A stretch of 62,755 nucleotides of DNA, counting the filler, from Chiloscyllium plagiosum (Eukaryota), in assembly GCF_004010195.1 (NCBI RefSeq). It is 4 parts of one record of this genome, joined end to end, with 100 filler letters (N's around TTAATTAATTAA, not from the genome) between each part and the next. Parts side by side here need not be neighbours in the genome. Positions count along the whole stretch, not along the records: positions 1 to 31,779 come from NC_057712.1; 3 more parts are not named here. One strand, 5' to 3'. The stretch's first letter is position 1, and each line of letters opens with the position of its first letter. The translations under genes were made by a program, and so were the position numbers. Positions 13,250-25,080 of this stretch are shown piece after piece. The notes under the pieces were generated by a model that saw nothing but the letters and a program-made list of their open reading frames with translations, was not told the origin of the DNA and searched no databases.

Positions 13250-14150
13250 GGGGTAAACACAGTGTAGGCTGGGCCTGTCAGTGCAGAGTACTCTGGTGAA
13301 TGGCCTGAGCTGCTGTGCTCTTCCAGCACCACTGATCCAGAATCTGGTTTCCAGCATCTGCAGTCATTGTTTTTACCTGAGCTGGGAGTAGTAGTGTCTA
13401 AATAATTTGGGGAATTATCCATAGCTGTCCTGGACCCCATGTCTTTGAAATATAATACAGCCATCAGAAAATGAAACCTCATGAGATTAAAGGGATGATG
13501 GTAACTGGGATATCCAATTACCTGAAGAATCTGAGACAGTAATGGTGGACAGTTGTTCTCTGCCTGGACGGATGTATATAGTAGGGTTCCCAAGTGGTTA
13601 GCATTGGGATCTGTGTTTAATATCAATACCTGCAGTCAGGAAGAGACAGTAAAACTGTAAGGTGCTCAGGGATAGTGTAGAAACTGGAGAGATTGCTGAC
13701 AGCAGATTGCAGGAAGGTAACACATAGTGGAAACTGGGAAGACACATAGCAGCTGCAGTTTAGTCTTAATAAGTATAAACAACTGCACTCTGAGTGTGTC
13801 GGCATGGGGATTATCATCTACAATGGACTGTTCTAAGGAGACTGTGAGAATGGGGTAGGGGGACTACATATTCACATCCTCAAAACTGACAGTGCAAGTT
13901 GACACGCTGGATCAAGACGTAAGCAGTACACTGTGTATAAATAGCAGCAATGATAAAAAATTCAGATATTCTGCTAAACCTTTGAAAATCACTGACGGAG
14001 CTGTAACTGGAGTATTTCACATGTTTCTGGGCACTAAAGATTTAGAGAGGTGTCAGTGCCTGGGCGAGGATGTGGGATGATTCCTGGTATGTTACAGTGG
14101 AAAAGGGCTTCAGTTAGGTGGGAAAATCAGAGAAGCTGAGATGGTTCTGC
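13250..14150 (+). mobile_element. Highly decayed CR1 RT fragment, with a pLTR piece at about 13303-13378 and a Zenon-like tail at about 13030-13220 (-)
   Basis: Residual GTAGGGTTCCCAAG (SGVPQ region) and later CR1-like blocks. Confidence 0.5.
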
Positions 14151-15055
14151 TGTGGGTCTGGGGGAGGGGGAGTGTGTGGGTCTGGGGGAGGGGGAGTTTT
14201 GCTCCAAAACTACTGACTGCTCATTAGCCTCTTTCACTTTACCTGTCAGCCCCTTATTCTGTTCCTTAACATTTTCAAAACCTAGGACAGCTCTTTCATC
14301 TGGTCACTGCTGTTCTGATTTGCACTGGAGTTCAAAACTTACCCTTCTCTTTTTTGAGATGAAATTCCAAGTGATCATCAGTCTGGGCCTTTGATTTTGA
14401 TTTATCAGCACTTCCTGCATTTGAAGACATATTGCACAACACTTCACAGGGACTACTGTGACTTCAGATTTCAATTTTTGATGTCTTTTGGTTCTCTATT
14501 TACAGGTTCATCATTTACATAACAAGCCTCATTCATGTATTTTTACTTCCTGTGATTGATGCTCAAATATTGTCAGCACTTCATCACAAACCCATCCTTA
14601 CTGCTCCAAAGCTAGCTCCCTGTACTGATCGCTCTCTCTTCAATAGCCATGCATTTCCTAATTTTCCGATCATTACTCTGGAAAAGAAATCCACCCCTTC
14701 AAAAAAAAAACAAACTGGAAACACTTTGCACAGCAACAATTTTGTCAATAACTTGCTTTGTAAATTAGCTTTGTACAAGGGCACAGGTTCGCAGATCCCA
14801 TTGAGACCTCCTTAGTTTTACCTCTTCTTTCATCAAACCATCCAGAATAGAAATTGGATCATCAGCTGCCATCAATCTGCCCCAAAGTCTCTCCGAAAAT
14901 TAGTTTTCTTGTGTTGTGGTGGTGTAGGTAAACACCTCTCCTTTATTAACAAGACCTCATTAACATGATTCACTGACAGTATTCATGAAAGAATTCCCTT
15001 GCCTGCTGTGAGCTACACTATTTCATTTTATTACATTCTGAGGGAATATCTTTCA

Positions 15056-15740
15056 CAGAGTCATACAGCACAGAAACAGACCCTTCCGCCCAACCAGTCC
15101 CTGCTGAACATAATCCCAAACTGAGCTGCTCCCGGCCCATATCCCTCCAAACCCTTCCTATTCAGGTACTTAGCCAAATGTCCTTTAAATGACCCAGTCA
15201 TTTGGGCTCCACTGACGCTGCAGCAGAAGAGCTGGGGATAGTAAGTGTACAGACTTGTATGTAGGAAAAATAAATTTTGATGTCTGTATGTAAAGAAATG
15301 TAATGTGTGCACAAGAACGTCTTGACCATTGTATAGAGATCCAAATAATTTTATGAATAAAGTATATTTTTGAAATAAAAGAAGTCCTTTAGATGATGTA
15401 ATTGTACCCACATTCACCACTTCCTCAGGAAGCTCATTCCATACAGGTACCACCCTCTGTCTAAAATGTTTGCCCCTTGTGTCTTTTTTAAATCTCTTTC
15501 CTCTCACCTTAAAAATGTGCCCCCTAGTCTTGAAATCCTAGTGAAAAGGCATCTATTATTAAAGCTATCTTTCCTTTTCATGGTTTTATGAACTCTTTTA
15601 AGGTTACCTCTCAACCTCCTAAACTTCTTATTACTCAAACTTTCCACACCCCTCAACATTCTGGTAAATCTCTTCTGAACTCTCTCCAGCTTGATGATAT
15701 TCTTCCTGTAACTGGGCAACCAGAACTGGACACAATATTC
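15056..15740 (-). mobile_element. CR1 LINE 3' fragment
   Basis: Minus ORFs read KLERVQKRFTRML and RVVPVWNELPEEVV; tail at about 15056. Confidence 0.88.
15193..15383 (+). mobile_element. 5'-truncated L1/Tx1-like 3' end inserted in CR1, with 13-bp TSD
   Basis: Ends TTTTATGAATAAAGTATATTTTTGAAATAAAA; flanked by GTCCTTTAAATGA (15180-15192) and GTCCTTTAGATGA (15384-15396). Family assignment is inference. Confidence 0.65.
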
Positions 15741-15741
15741 A

Positions 15742-15949
15742 AAGTTTGTGAGAAGATTTGTAGCTCGGGTGCTCGTTGCTGTGGTTCTGTTCGCCGAGCT
15801 GGAAGTTTTTGTTGCAAATGTTTCGTCCCCTGTCTAGGTGACATCCTCAGTGCTTGGGAGCCTCCTGTGAAGCACTTCTGTGGTGTTTCCTCCGGCATTT
15901 ATAGTGGCCTGTCCCTGCCGCTTCCGGTTGTCAGTTTCAGCTGTCCACT
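15742..15949 (-). mobile_element. Penelope-like element terminus (second family) with hammerhead motif at about 15813-15853
   Basis: Minus strand reads gca-CTGAGGA-TGTCACC-TAGACA-GGGGAC-GAAA-CA-TT-tgc; runs into an assembly gap. Confidence 0.7.
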
Positions 15950-17057
15950 NNNNNNNNNNNNNNNNNNNNNNNNNNNNNNNNNNNNNNNNNNNNNNNNNNN
16001 NNNNNNNNNNNNNNNNNNNNNNNNNNNNNNNNNNNNNNNNNNNNNNNNNNNNNNNNNNNNNNNNNNNNNNNNNNNNNNNNNNNNNNNNNNNNNNNNNNNN
16101 NNNNNNNNNNNNNNNNNNNNNNNNNNNNNNNNNNNNNNNNNNNNNNNNNNNNNNNNNNNNNNNNNNNNNNNNNNNNNNNNNNNNNNNNNNNNNNNNNNNN
16201 NNNNNNNNNNNNNNNNNNNNNNNNNNNNNNNNNNNNNNNNNNNNNNNNNNNNNNNNNNNNNNNNNNNNNNNNNNNNNNNNNNNNNNNNNNNNNNNNNNNN
16301 NNNNNNNNNNNNNNNNNNNNNNNNNNNNNNNNNNNNNNNNNNNNNNNNNNNNNNNNNNNNNNNNNNNNNNNNNNNNNNNNNNNNNNNNNNNNNNNNNNNN
16401 NNNNNNNNNNNNNNNNNNNNNNNNNNNNNNNNNNNNNNNNNNNNNNNNNNNNNNNNNNNNNNNNNNNNNNNNNNNNNNNNNNNNNNNNNNNNNNNNNNNN
16501 NNNNNNNNNNNNNNNNNNNNNNNNNNNNNNNNNNNNNNNNNNNNNNNNNNNNNNNNNNNNNNNNNNNNNNNNNNNNNNNNNNNNNNNNNNNNNNNNNNNN
16601 NNNNNNNNNNNNNNNNNNNNNNNNNNNNNNNNNNNNNNNNNNNNNNNNNNNNNNNNNNNNNNNNNNNNNNNNNNNNNNNNNNNNNNNNNNNNNNNNTGCT
16701 AATACCTTTTCTGAAGATTCCTTTAGTGTTCCTGTCATTCCCACTGGTTTACCATTCCAATTCCAACAATTTGCTTTCACATGCCTCTCTGACACTCATG
16801 AAAACATGTAGTTTTCTAACATCATTTTATTTTCTCCATACGATCATTTGTATGGATTATCTTGTGTTGAAATAAATAACTTAAGCTTTCCTTTAGCCAC
16901 TTCATGTTCTCTGATTTTTTTTTTCTTCTTTTTAAAGTTCTTTCTCTCTTTTGTAATCTCTTTCTTCCATTGCCTCTCCCTCTGGAGTTCAAGTTTACAT
17001 TTTTCACATTTCTCCTTCAAGGTCACATTCTCTCCTTTCTTTTTTTCATCTTCTATT

Positions 17058-17434
17058 GGGGTGGCACAGTGGCTCAATGGTTAGTACTGCTGCCTCACAG
17101 CACCAGGGTCCCAGGTTCAATTCCTGCCTCAGACGACTGTCTGGGTGGAGTTTGCACATTCTCCCCGTGTCTGTGTGGGTTTCCTCCGGCTGCTCCGGTC
17201 TCCTCCTATAGTCCAAAGATGTGCAGGTCAGGTGAATTGGGATATCTGGTCGGCGTGGATAGGTTGGACCGAAGGGTGTTTCCATGCTGTACATCTCTAT
17301 GACTCTAATTGCCCGTAGTGTTAGGTGCATTAGTCAGAGGGAAATGGGTCTGGGTGGGTCACACTTCGGAGGGTCGGTGTGGACTGGTTGGGCCGAAGGG
17401 CCTGTCCCCACACTGTAGAGGATCTAACCTAACC
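17058..17434 (+). mobile_element. HE1-type V-SINE containing a CR1 tail fragment (17241-17306)
   Basis: tRNA-like A/B-box head, V core and (CTAA-like)n tail. Confidence 0.9.
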
Positions 17435-17774
17435 AAGCTCAGACTACCCCGGGTTTTCTTTGCAATAAGAAAATGCTATGTGTGGATTTTCAGTCCCACA
17501 CTCAGCTCTCCTGAATTGTCAAATGGTGCTTCAGAGCCCATTTGACTTTTGGGATTTTTCCTCAGTGCTGAATCCAACACTTTACTGCCTCATATCTCCT
17601 TGAACCTCTCCATTCTATCCATTCCAAGGTATCTAACCGCTTTTGGTTTCTCACTCAGTCACTGAAACAGACCCTGTGTAGGTCATTTGCCTTCCCAGCA
17701 TTACAGCTAAAAGTCAACACTCCTGACGTGGAATCTACTCTGTCTCTTTCTCCAGCCGTTGTAACTTTCAAACT

Positions 17775-18480
17775 CTTCTTCATTGACTTCAGGAAGCATG
17801 GAGAAGGACACTCTTTCCCCTCCTCCTTCCCATCTACACCTCCCGAGGGGAGGCTGAGAGGGTCAAACATGTCAAGTTCCTTGCAGTGACAATAACCGAC
17901 AATCTGTCTTGAACTTCCCACATGGATGTGATGGTCAAGAAGGCACAACACGTCAGCTTGCTCAGGCCACACAGGGAATTCGGCATGTCCATATAGACTC
18001 TCACCAACAGTTATAGATGCACCAGAAAAAGCATACTATCCGGGTGCATCACGGCCTGGTACCGAAACTGCTGTGCCCAGGACAGTAAGAAACTACAGAA
18101 GGTTTTGTGCACGGCCCAGAGCATCACAGAAACAAACCTCCCAACCATGGACTCCATTTACACAGCTCGCTGCCATGGAAATACTGCCAAAATTATCAGA
18201 GACCCTTCCCACCCCAGTAATGATCTCCTACAACCTCTTCCATCAGGCAGAAGATACAGAAGCTTGAACACATGCACTAACAGGTTCAGGAACAGCTTCC
18301 TCCCTGCTGTTATAACACAGATGAACGGACTCTCTAACTCTAAATAACGTTGATCTTACCTCACGCACCTCCTGTGCATTGTAACCTTGTATGCCTCTAT
18401 GTCCTTGTTTGCTATGATTTGCCTGTAATGCTTGCAAAATAAAGCTTTTCACTGTACTTAGGTACATTTGACGACAAAAA
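17775..18480 (+). mobile_element. Rex1/Babar-clade LINE 3' fragment
   Basis: ORF 18105-18347 reads IIRDPSHP..LPSGRRYRSLNTCTNRFRNSFLPAVI, the typical Rex1/Babar C-terminus. Confidence 0.8.
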
Positions 18481-19134
18481 TATCAGCCAAATCCGTGTCC
18501 TGAGTTACCCATTGTAAGCCTTGCTGTTGGGGATATTTGGATGTTACGAAAGCTTTGAAACATTTTAAATATAGCACTTTTCAGACTAGCTGTAGCCTGA
18601 AGGTTATATTGGCCCAGAATACTGGAACTGGATTTCATCAGGGCCATGCTATTACACAGAAAGCAGAAGAGAATAGAGTGAGAAATGCTTCAGGCCTGGA
18701 ACATCTCCCACTGTTTCCATGACAACCCACCCCAACAAAATCTACAATTTCTACTATTCCCAGAATGTTGGTGTCACGGTTCCTATTGCAGCTGTCTGAC
18801 AAGTGTCAACCTGCAATGGTACAGTCATTTACTACTTCACAATGTCTTAGTGTTTTACAGCCAGTTTCTGAACTGTAGACACTGTTATAATGTGGGAATG
18901 ATTAGCGGACAGCAAGATCCCCCAAAAAAACAATGTGGTGACAGATAACCCTTTTAGTGATGCTGCCTGATGGATAAATATTACCCTAGACACTGAGGAG
19001 TTCTCCCCTGATCTTTTTCAGATGCTGTCCTGAGAGGGCACACATGGCTTCATCTTAATCACATTAAGATGGCACCTCTGTCAGAGCTGCACCTACTCAG
19101 TACTGCATGAGGACAGCCAACCTGGACAGCCGTT

Positions 19135-20142
19135 CCCTGTGGTATCCATAAACAGTTGGAGGCACTGGATATTGGAGGTCAGTCATCTCAGCTCCAGGAC
19201 ATCTCTGCAGGAGCTCCTCAGGGTAGTGTCCCAGGCTCAACCATTTTCACCTTCCCTCCATCATAAGGTCAGAAGTGGGGATGTTTGCCAATGTTCAGCA
19301 CCATTCACAACTTCTCAGATACTGAAGCAGTCCAGCTACAAATGAAAGGAAATCTGGACAATATCCAGGCTTGAGCTAACACGTAGCACGTAACATTTGC
19401 AACCACACAATTGCCAGATAATGAAAATCTCCAATTTGAGACAATCTAATCATTGCCAGTTGACATTCAATGGTATTATTATCATTGAATCCCCCACTAC
19501 CAACATCCTGGGACTTACCATTGACCAGAAACTCAACTAGACTCACCAAATAAACACAGGGACTATAAGAGCAGGCCAGAAGCTAGGAATACTCTCCTCA
19601 TGCCTCTCGAAAGCCTGCCCACCATCTACCAGGCACAAGTCAGGAGTGTGATGGAATACTCCCCACTTGCCTGGATGGGTATAGTTCCAACAACACTCAA
19701 AAAGCTTGACATCATCAAGGACTAAGCAGCCCACTTGTTGGCACCACATCCACAAACATCCACACCCCTGATGCTTAGTAGCAGCAGTGTGTGCTATCTA
19801 CATGGTGCACTGCAGAAATTCACCAAAGATCCTCATACAGCACCTTCCAAACACACAATCGCTTCCATCTAGAAGGACAAGGGCAGCAGATACATGGAAA
19901 CACCGCAAACTTCAAGTTCCCATCCAAGCCACTCACCATCCTGACTTGGAAATATATTGTCATTCCTTCGCTATTGCTAAGTCAAAATCCTAGAATTCTC
20001 TCCTGAATGGCATTGTGGGTGAATCCACAGCACATGGACTGCAGTGGTTCAAGAAGGCAGTTTGCCAACATCTTCTCAAGGGCAAACAGGGATGGGCAAT
20101 AAATGTTGGGTCCAGCTAGTAACACCCACATCCAATGAATGA
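19135..20142 (+). mobile_element. CR1-superfamily (Zenon/Crack-like) LINE 3' fragment
   Basis: Encodes IYQAQVRSVMEYSPLAWMG; tail GCAGTGGTTCAAGAAGGCAG..GGGATGGGCAATAAATG. The same tail recurs at about 4565-4645, 28990-29300 and 36720-36900. Confidence 0.7.
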
Positions 20143-20144
20143 AT

Positions 20145-20487
20145 CATAGAATCCCTACAAAGTAGAAGTAGGCTATTCGGCCCATTGAATCTACACCCAC
20201 CCTCCAAAGACCATCCCATCCAGACCCATGCCCCCTGCCCTATCCCTGTAACCCTTCATTTCCCATGCCCAATCCTCCTAGCCTGCACATTCCCTGGACA
20301 TTATGGATAATACAGCACGACCAATCCACCTAACTTGCACATCTTTGGACTATGGGAGGAAACTGCAGCGCCTCAGAGGAAACCCTGGAGCAAACAGGGA
20401 GAGAATGTGCAAACTTCATACAGATAGTCAACTGAGGGTGGAATTGAACCCACTGTGAGGTACCAGTGCAATCCTCTGAGCCACCAT
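20145..20487 (-). mobile_element. HE1-type V-SINE, diverged
   Basis: CACATCTTTGGAC..GGGAGGAAAC..AGAATGTGCAAACT core. Confidence 0.75.
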
Positions 20488-22588
20488 GTTTCTGATCCCG
20501 AGGTGACCCTGCTGCTGCTTGAGGCAGGGTTAAGAGGCCAGGCCAGGCCGAAAACGGAACTGCTAGGCCTGTTATTGATAATAAGCTGAAGTGATTGAAT
20601 GATAACCTGGCTGATCTGAATGCTGTCAGATTGTCAGGGAAAGGGTTAACTTTGTTGTCTCTGGTAGTCAGGCTAAGCGCAGGTGCAGGCAGTGAGGAGC
20701 TGGGAGTGTTGCTGCTGACAGAATGGTGGGAGATGCTGCCAGGCACCATGAGTCAGCACCTTGGATTACAAAAAGACAAAACAAAAGCAATCAGGAAGGA
20801 ATGTCACTGGGAACCGACTGGGAGCTTTCACAAACCTCTCCCGCCCATTAAGCAGCTAACTTCCTTTGATTATCCACCTTCACAAACTGTGTAGCTTCTG
20901 TCAGTGTGAGGAGCCAGTGATACCTATTTGGTCCCTTCAGTCAGTGAACATAGAACAGTACAGCACAGTACAGGCCCTTCGGCCCTTGATGTTGTACTGA
21001 CCTTTTATCCTATTCTAACATCAGTCAAACCTGCACACCCTTCATTTTACTAGCATCCATGTGCGTATCCAAGAGTCATTTAAATGTCCCTAATGACTCT
21101 GACTCGACCACCACCGCTGGCAATGAATTCCACACACCCACCACTCCCTGTGTAAAGAATCTACCCCTCTGACATCTCCCCTAAACCTTCCTCCAATTAC
21201 CTGAAAGTTATGCTCCCTTGTGATAGACATTTCCACCATGGGAAAAAGTCTCTGGCTATCCACTATCTGATGTGCCTCTCATCATCTTGTAAACCTCCAT
21301 CAAGTCACCTCTCATCCTTCTTTGCTCCAATGAGAAAGGCCCGAGTTCCCTCAACTTTTCTGTAGAAGACATTTCTCCAGTCCAGCCAGTATCCTGGTAA
21401 ATCTCCTCTGAACCGTCTCTAAACCTTCCAGATCTTTCCTATGATGAGGCAACCAGAACTGAACACAATATTCCACGTGTGGTTTAACCAGGGCTCTATA
21501 CAGCTGCAGCATAACCTTGCTGCTCTTAAACTCAATCCCCCTGTAAATGAAAGCCAACACGCCATACACCTTCTTAAGGGTCCTATCAATCTGGGCGGCA
21601 ACTGAGAGGGATCTATAGACCGGGATCCCAACATCCCTCTATTCCACCACACTGCCACAAATCTTGCCTTTATTCCTGTAATCTGCATTCAAATTCAACC
21701 TTCCAAAGTGAATCACTTCACACTTTTCCAGGTCGAACTCTATCTGCCACTTATCAGCCCAGCTCTGCATCCTGTCAATGTCTTGTTGAAACCTACGACA
21801 GCCCTCCACACTATTGACAATGCCTTGCTAAAATCCATTTACACCACATCCACTGCTCTACCTTCATCAATGTGTTTTGTCACATCCTCAAAGAATTCAA
21901 TAAGGTTTGTGAGGCATGACCTCACAAAGCCATGCTGACTATCTCTATTCAAACTACGGTTTTCCAAGTAATCATAAATCCTGTCTCTCAGAATCCTCTC
22001 CAATACTTTGCCCACCACTGACGCAAGACTGATTGGTGTGTAATTCCCAGGATTATTCCTATTCCCTTTCTAGAACAAGGGAATACTTGTCAACCTCCTA
22101 TCTTCTGGTATTACTCCAGTGGACAGTGAGGACACAAAGATCATCGCCAAAGGTGCAGCAATCTCCTCCCTCAGTAACCTGTAGTAACCTTGGGTATATC
22201 CCATCTATCCTCGTGTTTTTCAAAGTTTCCAGCAATCTCCTTCTTAACATCAACCTGTTCTAGCATATCAGTCTGTTTCACGTTGTCCTCAGAAACGTCA
22301 AGGTCCCTCTCAGCAGTGAATACTGAAGCAAAGTATTCATTAAAGACCCCCCCACCTCCTCCGATTCCAGGTGCAAGTTCCCTCCACTACCTCTGATCGG
22401 TCCTACCCTCACTCTGGCCATCCTCTTGTTCCTCACACAAAGTGTAGAATGCCTTAGGGTTTTCCATAATCCTACTCGCGAAAGCTTTTTCATGCCTCCT
22501 TCTAGCTCTCCTAAGTCCACCCTTCAGTTCTTTCCTGGCTACCTTGTAACCCTCTAGAGTCCTGTCTGATCCTTGCCTCCTCAACCTT

Positions 22589-22977
22589 TAAAGGAGAAAG
22601 TGAGGACTGCAGATGCTGGAGATCAGAGCTGAAAATGTGTTGCTGGAAAAGCGCAGCAGGTCAGGCAGCATCCAAGGAGCAGGAGAATCGACGTTTCGGG
22701 CATAAGCCCTTCTTCAGGAATCACAGGCGGCACAGTGGCTCTGTGGTTAGCACTGCTGCCTCACAGCACCAGGGTCCCAGGTTCGATTCCAGCCGTGGGT
22801 GGCTGTCTGTGTGGAGTTTGCACATTCTCCCAGTATCTGGGTGGGTTTCCTCTGGGTGCTCCAGGTTCCTCCCACAGTCCAAAAATTCCTGAAGAAGGGC
22901 TTATGCCCGAAACGTCGATTCTCCTATTCCTTGGATGCTGCCTGACCTGCTGCGCTTTTCCAGCAACATATTTTCAG
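22589..22977. mobile_element. Penelope-like inverted pLTR cassette with two hammerhead motifs, enclosing an HE1 SINE 5' half (22726-22883)
   Basis: Arms about 22592-22721 and 22885-22980 are reverse complements. HHR cores at 22690-22717 (-) and 22889-22916 (+). TSD CTCCTCAACCTT at 22577-22588 and 22978-22989. Confidence 0.85.
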
Positions 22978-23400
22978 CTCCTCAACCTTAAGTAAGCTTC
23001 CTCCTTCCTCTTGACTAGATGTGCCACATCCCTTGTCACCCAGGGTTCCTTCACCCTACCATCCCTTCCTTGCCTCAGTGGGACATACCTGTCCAGCATT
23101 ATCAGCAGGTGCTTCCTAGGCAACCTACACATTTCTGTTGTGCATTTCCCAGAGAACATCTGTTCCCAATTTAGGTGCCCCAGTTCCTGTCTAATAGCAT
23201 TGTAACTCCCCTCCCCCAATTAAATACTTTCCCATACCGTCTGCTCCTATCCCTCTCCATGACTACAGTAAAGGTCAGGGAGTTGTGATCACTATCACCG
23301 AAATGCTCTCCCACCGAGAAATCTGGTACCTGACTTGGTTTGTTTCCAAGCACCAAATCCAATATGGCTTCCCCTCTTGTCGGCCCGTCTACATATTGAG

Positions 23401-23543
23401 CTGAAAATATGTTGCTGGAAAAGCGCAGCAGGTCAGGCAGCATCCAAGGAGCAGGAGAATCGACGTTTCGGGCATAAGTCTTTGTTCAGGAACACATTTT
23501 CAGCTCTGATCTCCAGCATCTACAGTCCTCACTTTCTCCTCCA
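23401..23543. mobile_element. Penelope-like inverted pLTR mini-cassette
   Basis: Inverted arms; TSD TCTACATATTGAG (23388-23400) and TCTACCTATTGAG (23544-23556). Confidence 0.8.
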
Positions 23544-23696
23544 TCTACCTATTGAGTCAGGAATCCTTTTGGGACACACCTGACAAAATCTGCTTCATCC
23601 AAATTTTGCACTAAGGGAGTTCCAATCAATATTAGGGAAGTTGAAGTCACCTATGCCAACAACCCTATTACTCTGCACCTTTTCAAAATCTACTAG

Positions 23697-24191
23697 GCAA
23701 AAGTGAGGACAGCAGATGCTGGAAACAGAGTTTAGATCAGAGTGGTGCTGGAAAAGCACAACAGGTCAGGCAGCAACCGAGGAACAGGAAAATCGACGTT
23801 TCAGGCAAAAGCCCTTCATCAGGGAAGGCATCCTGATGAAGGGTGTTTGCCTGAAACATTGATTTTCCTGCTCCTCAGTTGCTGCCTGACATTTTAAATT
23901 AGATTAGATTAGATTACTTACAGTGTGGAAACAGGCCCTTCGGCCCAACAAGTCCACACCGACCCGTCGAAGCGCAATCCACCCATACCCCTACATTTAC
24001 CCCTAACCTAACACTACGGGCAATTTAGCATGGCCAATTCACCTGACTTGCACATCTTTGGACTGTGGGAGGAAACCGGAGCACCCGGAGGAAACCCACG
24101 CAGACACGGGGAGAACGTGCAAACTCCACATAGTCAGTCGCCTGAGTCGGGAATTGAACCCGTGCCGCCTGCTGTGCTTTTCCAGCACCAC
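23697..24191. mobile_element. Penelope-like inverted pLTR cassette with CTGATGA hammerhead cores; right arm split by an HE1 SINE (23899-24168, minus)
   Basis: CCTTCATCAGG-gaaggcat-CCTGATGAAGG centre; the arm resumes after the SINE at CTGCTGTGCTTTTCCAGCACCAC. Confidence 0.8.
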
Positions 24192-24677
24192 ACAATCTGC
24201 TCTTCCATGTCTCTGTTGCTATTGGGGAGTCTTTAGAAAACTCCCAATAAAGTGACTGCTCCTTTCCTGTTTCTGTCTTTCACCCAAACATCTAAACCCC
24301 AGAATATCCAATGACCATCCCTGCCCCTATGATATCCAAGTCTGAATAATGGCCACAATATTGTAGTTCCAAGTACTAATCCATGCTCTAAGATCATCAA
24401 CCTTATTGGTGACACTTCTTGCGTTAAAATAGACACATTTCAACCCATCACACTGACTGCAACTTTGCCCTGTCAACTGTCTATCCTTCCTCACAAACTC
24501 TCTGCACGCTGTATCTGCCTGTTCACCAGCTACCCCATCCTCCGGTTTCTAGCTCTGGTTCCCAACCCCCTGCCAAAGTTCTGAAGAGCTCGAGCAAACC
24601 TCCACCCAGGATACTCCAGTTCAGGTGCAACCCTTCCTTCTTGTACAGGTCCCACCTTCCTCAGAAGAAAGTGTTGA

Positions 24678-25080
24678 TGGGGGTAGGGGGAGGGGACGAG
24701 AGGGAATAGGAGGTGAGGGGAGAGGAGAGGAGAGGAGAGGAGGGAGGGGAGAGAAGGGGACGGGAGGGAAGGGACGGGCCGGGAAGAGAGAGGAGGGGAC
24801 GTGAGGAGGGAGGGGAGGGGAGGGAGAGGATAGCAGGGGAGAGAGAGCATAAAAGGAGAGGGGTGGGATGTGAGGGGACANNNNNNNNNNAGGAGAGGTG
24901 AGGTGAGGGAGGGAGGGGAGAGGAAGGGAGGGGAAGGAGGGGAGGGGAAGGAGGAGAGGTGAGGTTAGGAGAGGGAGGGGAGAGAAAGGGAAGGGAAGGA
25001 GGAAGGGGAAGGAGGAGAGGTGAGGTGAGGGGAGGAAGGGGAGGGGAAGGGAAGGGAGCAAAGAGAGAGGAGGGGTTGGA
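24678..25080. repeat. Polypurine (GGAGA/GGGA)n low-complexity tract
   Basis: Almost purely G/A on +; contains a 10-N gap. Confidence 0.9.

Larger units (their letters stand above)
20946..24667 (-). mobile_element. Long decayed CR1 LINE with nested Penelope-like and SINE insertions
   Basis: Minus ORF fragments LVKPHVEYCVQFWLP, ENPKAFY and PTRGEAILDLVLGN..DSDHN, and the end of the ORF1 esterase. Confidence 0.9.

Noticed and set aside
15588..16875. Long ORFs spanning N runs (also near 37500, 39575 and 45915)
   Set aside because: They are artefacts of translating assembly gaps.
22635..22892. Recurrent small ORF MCCWKSAAGQAASKEQENRRF as a peptide family
   Set aside because: It is a translation of the non-coding pLTR repeat with variable continuations.
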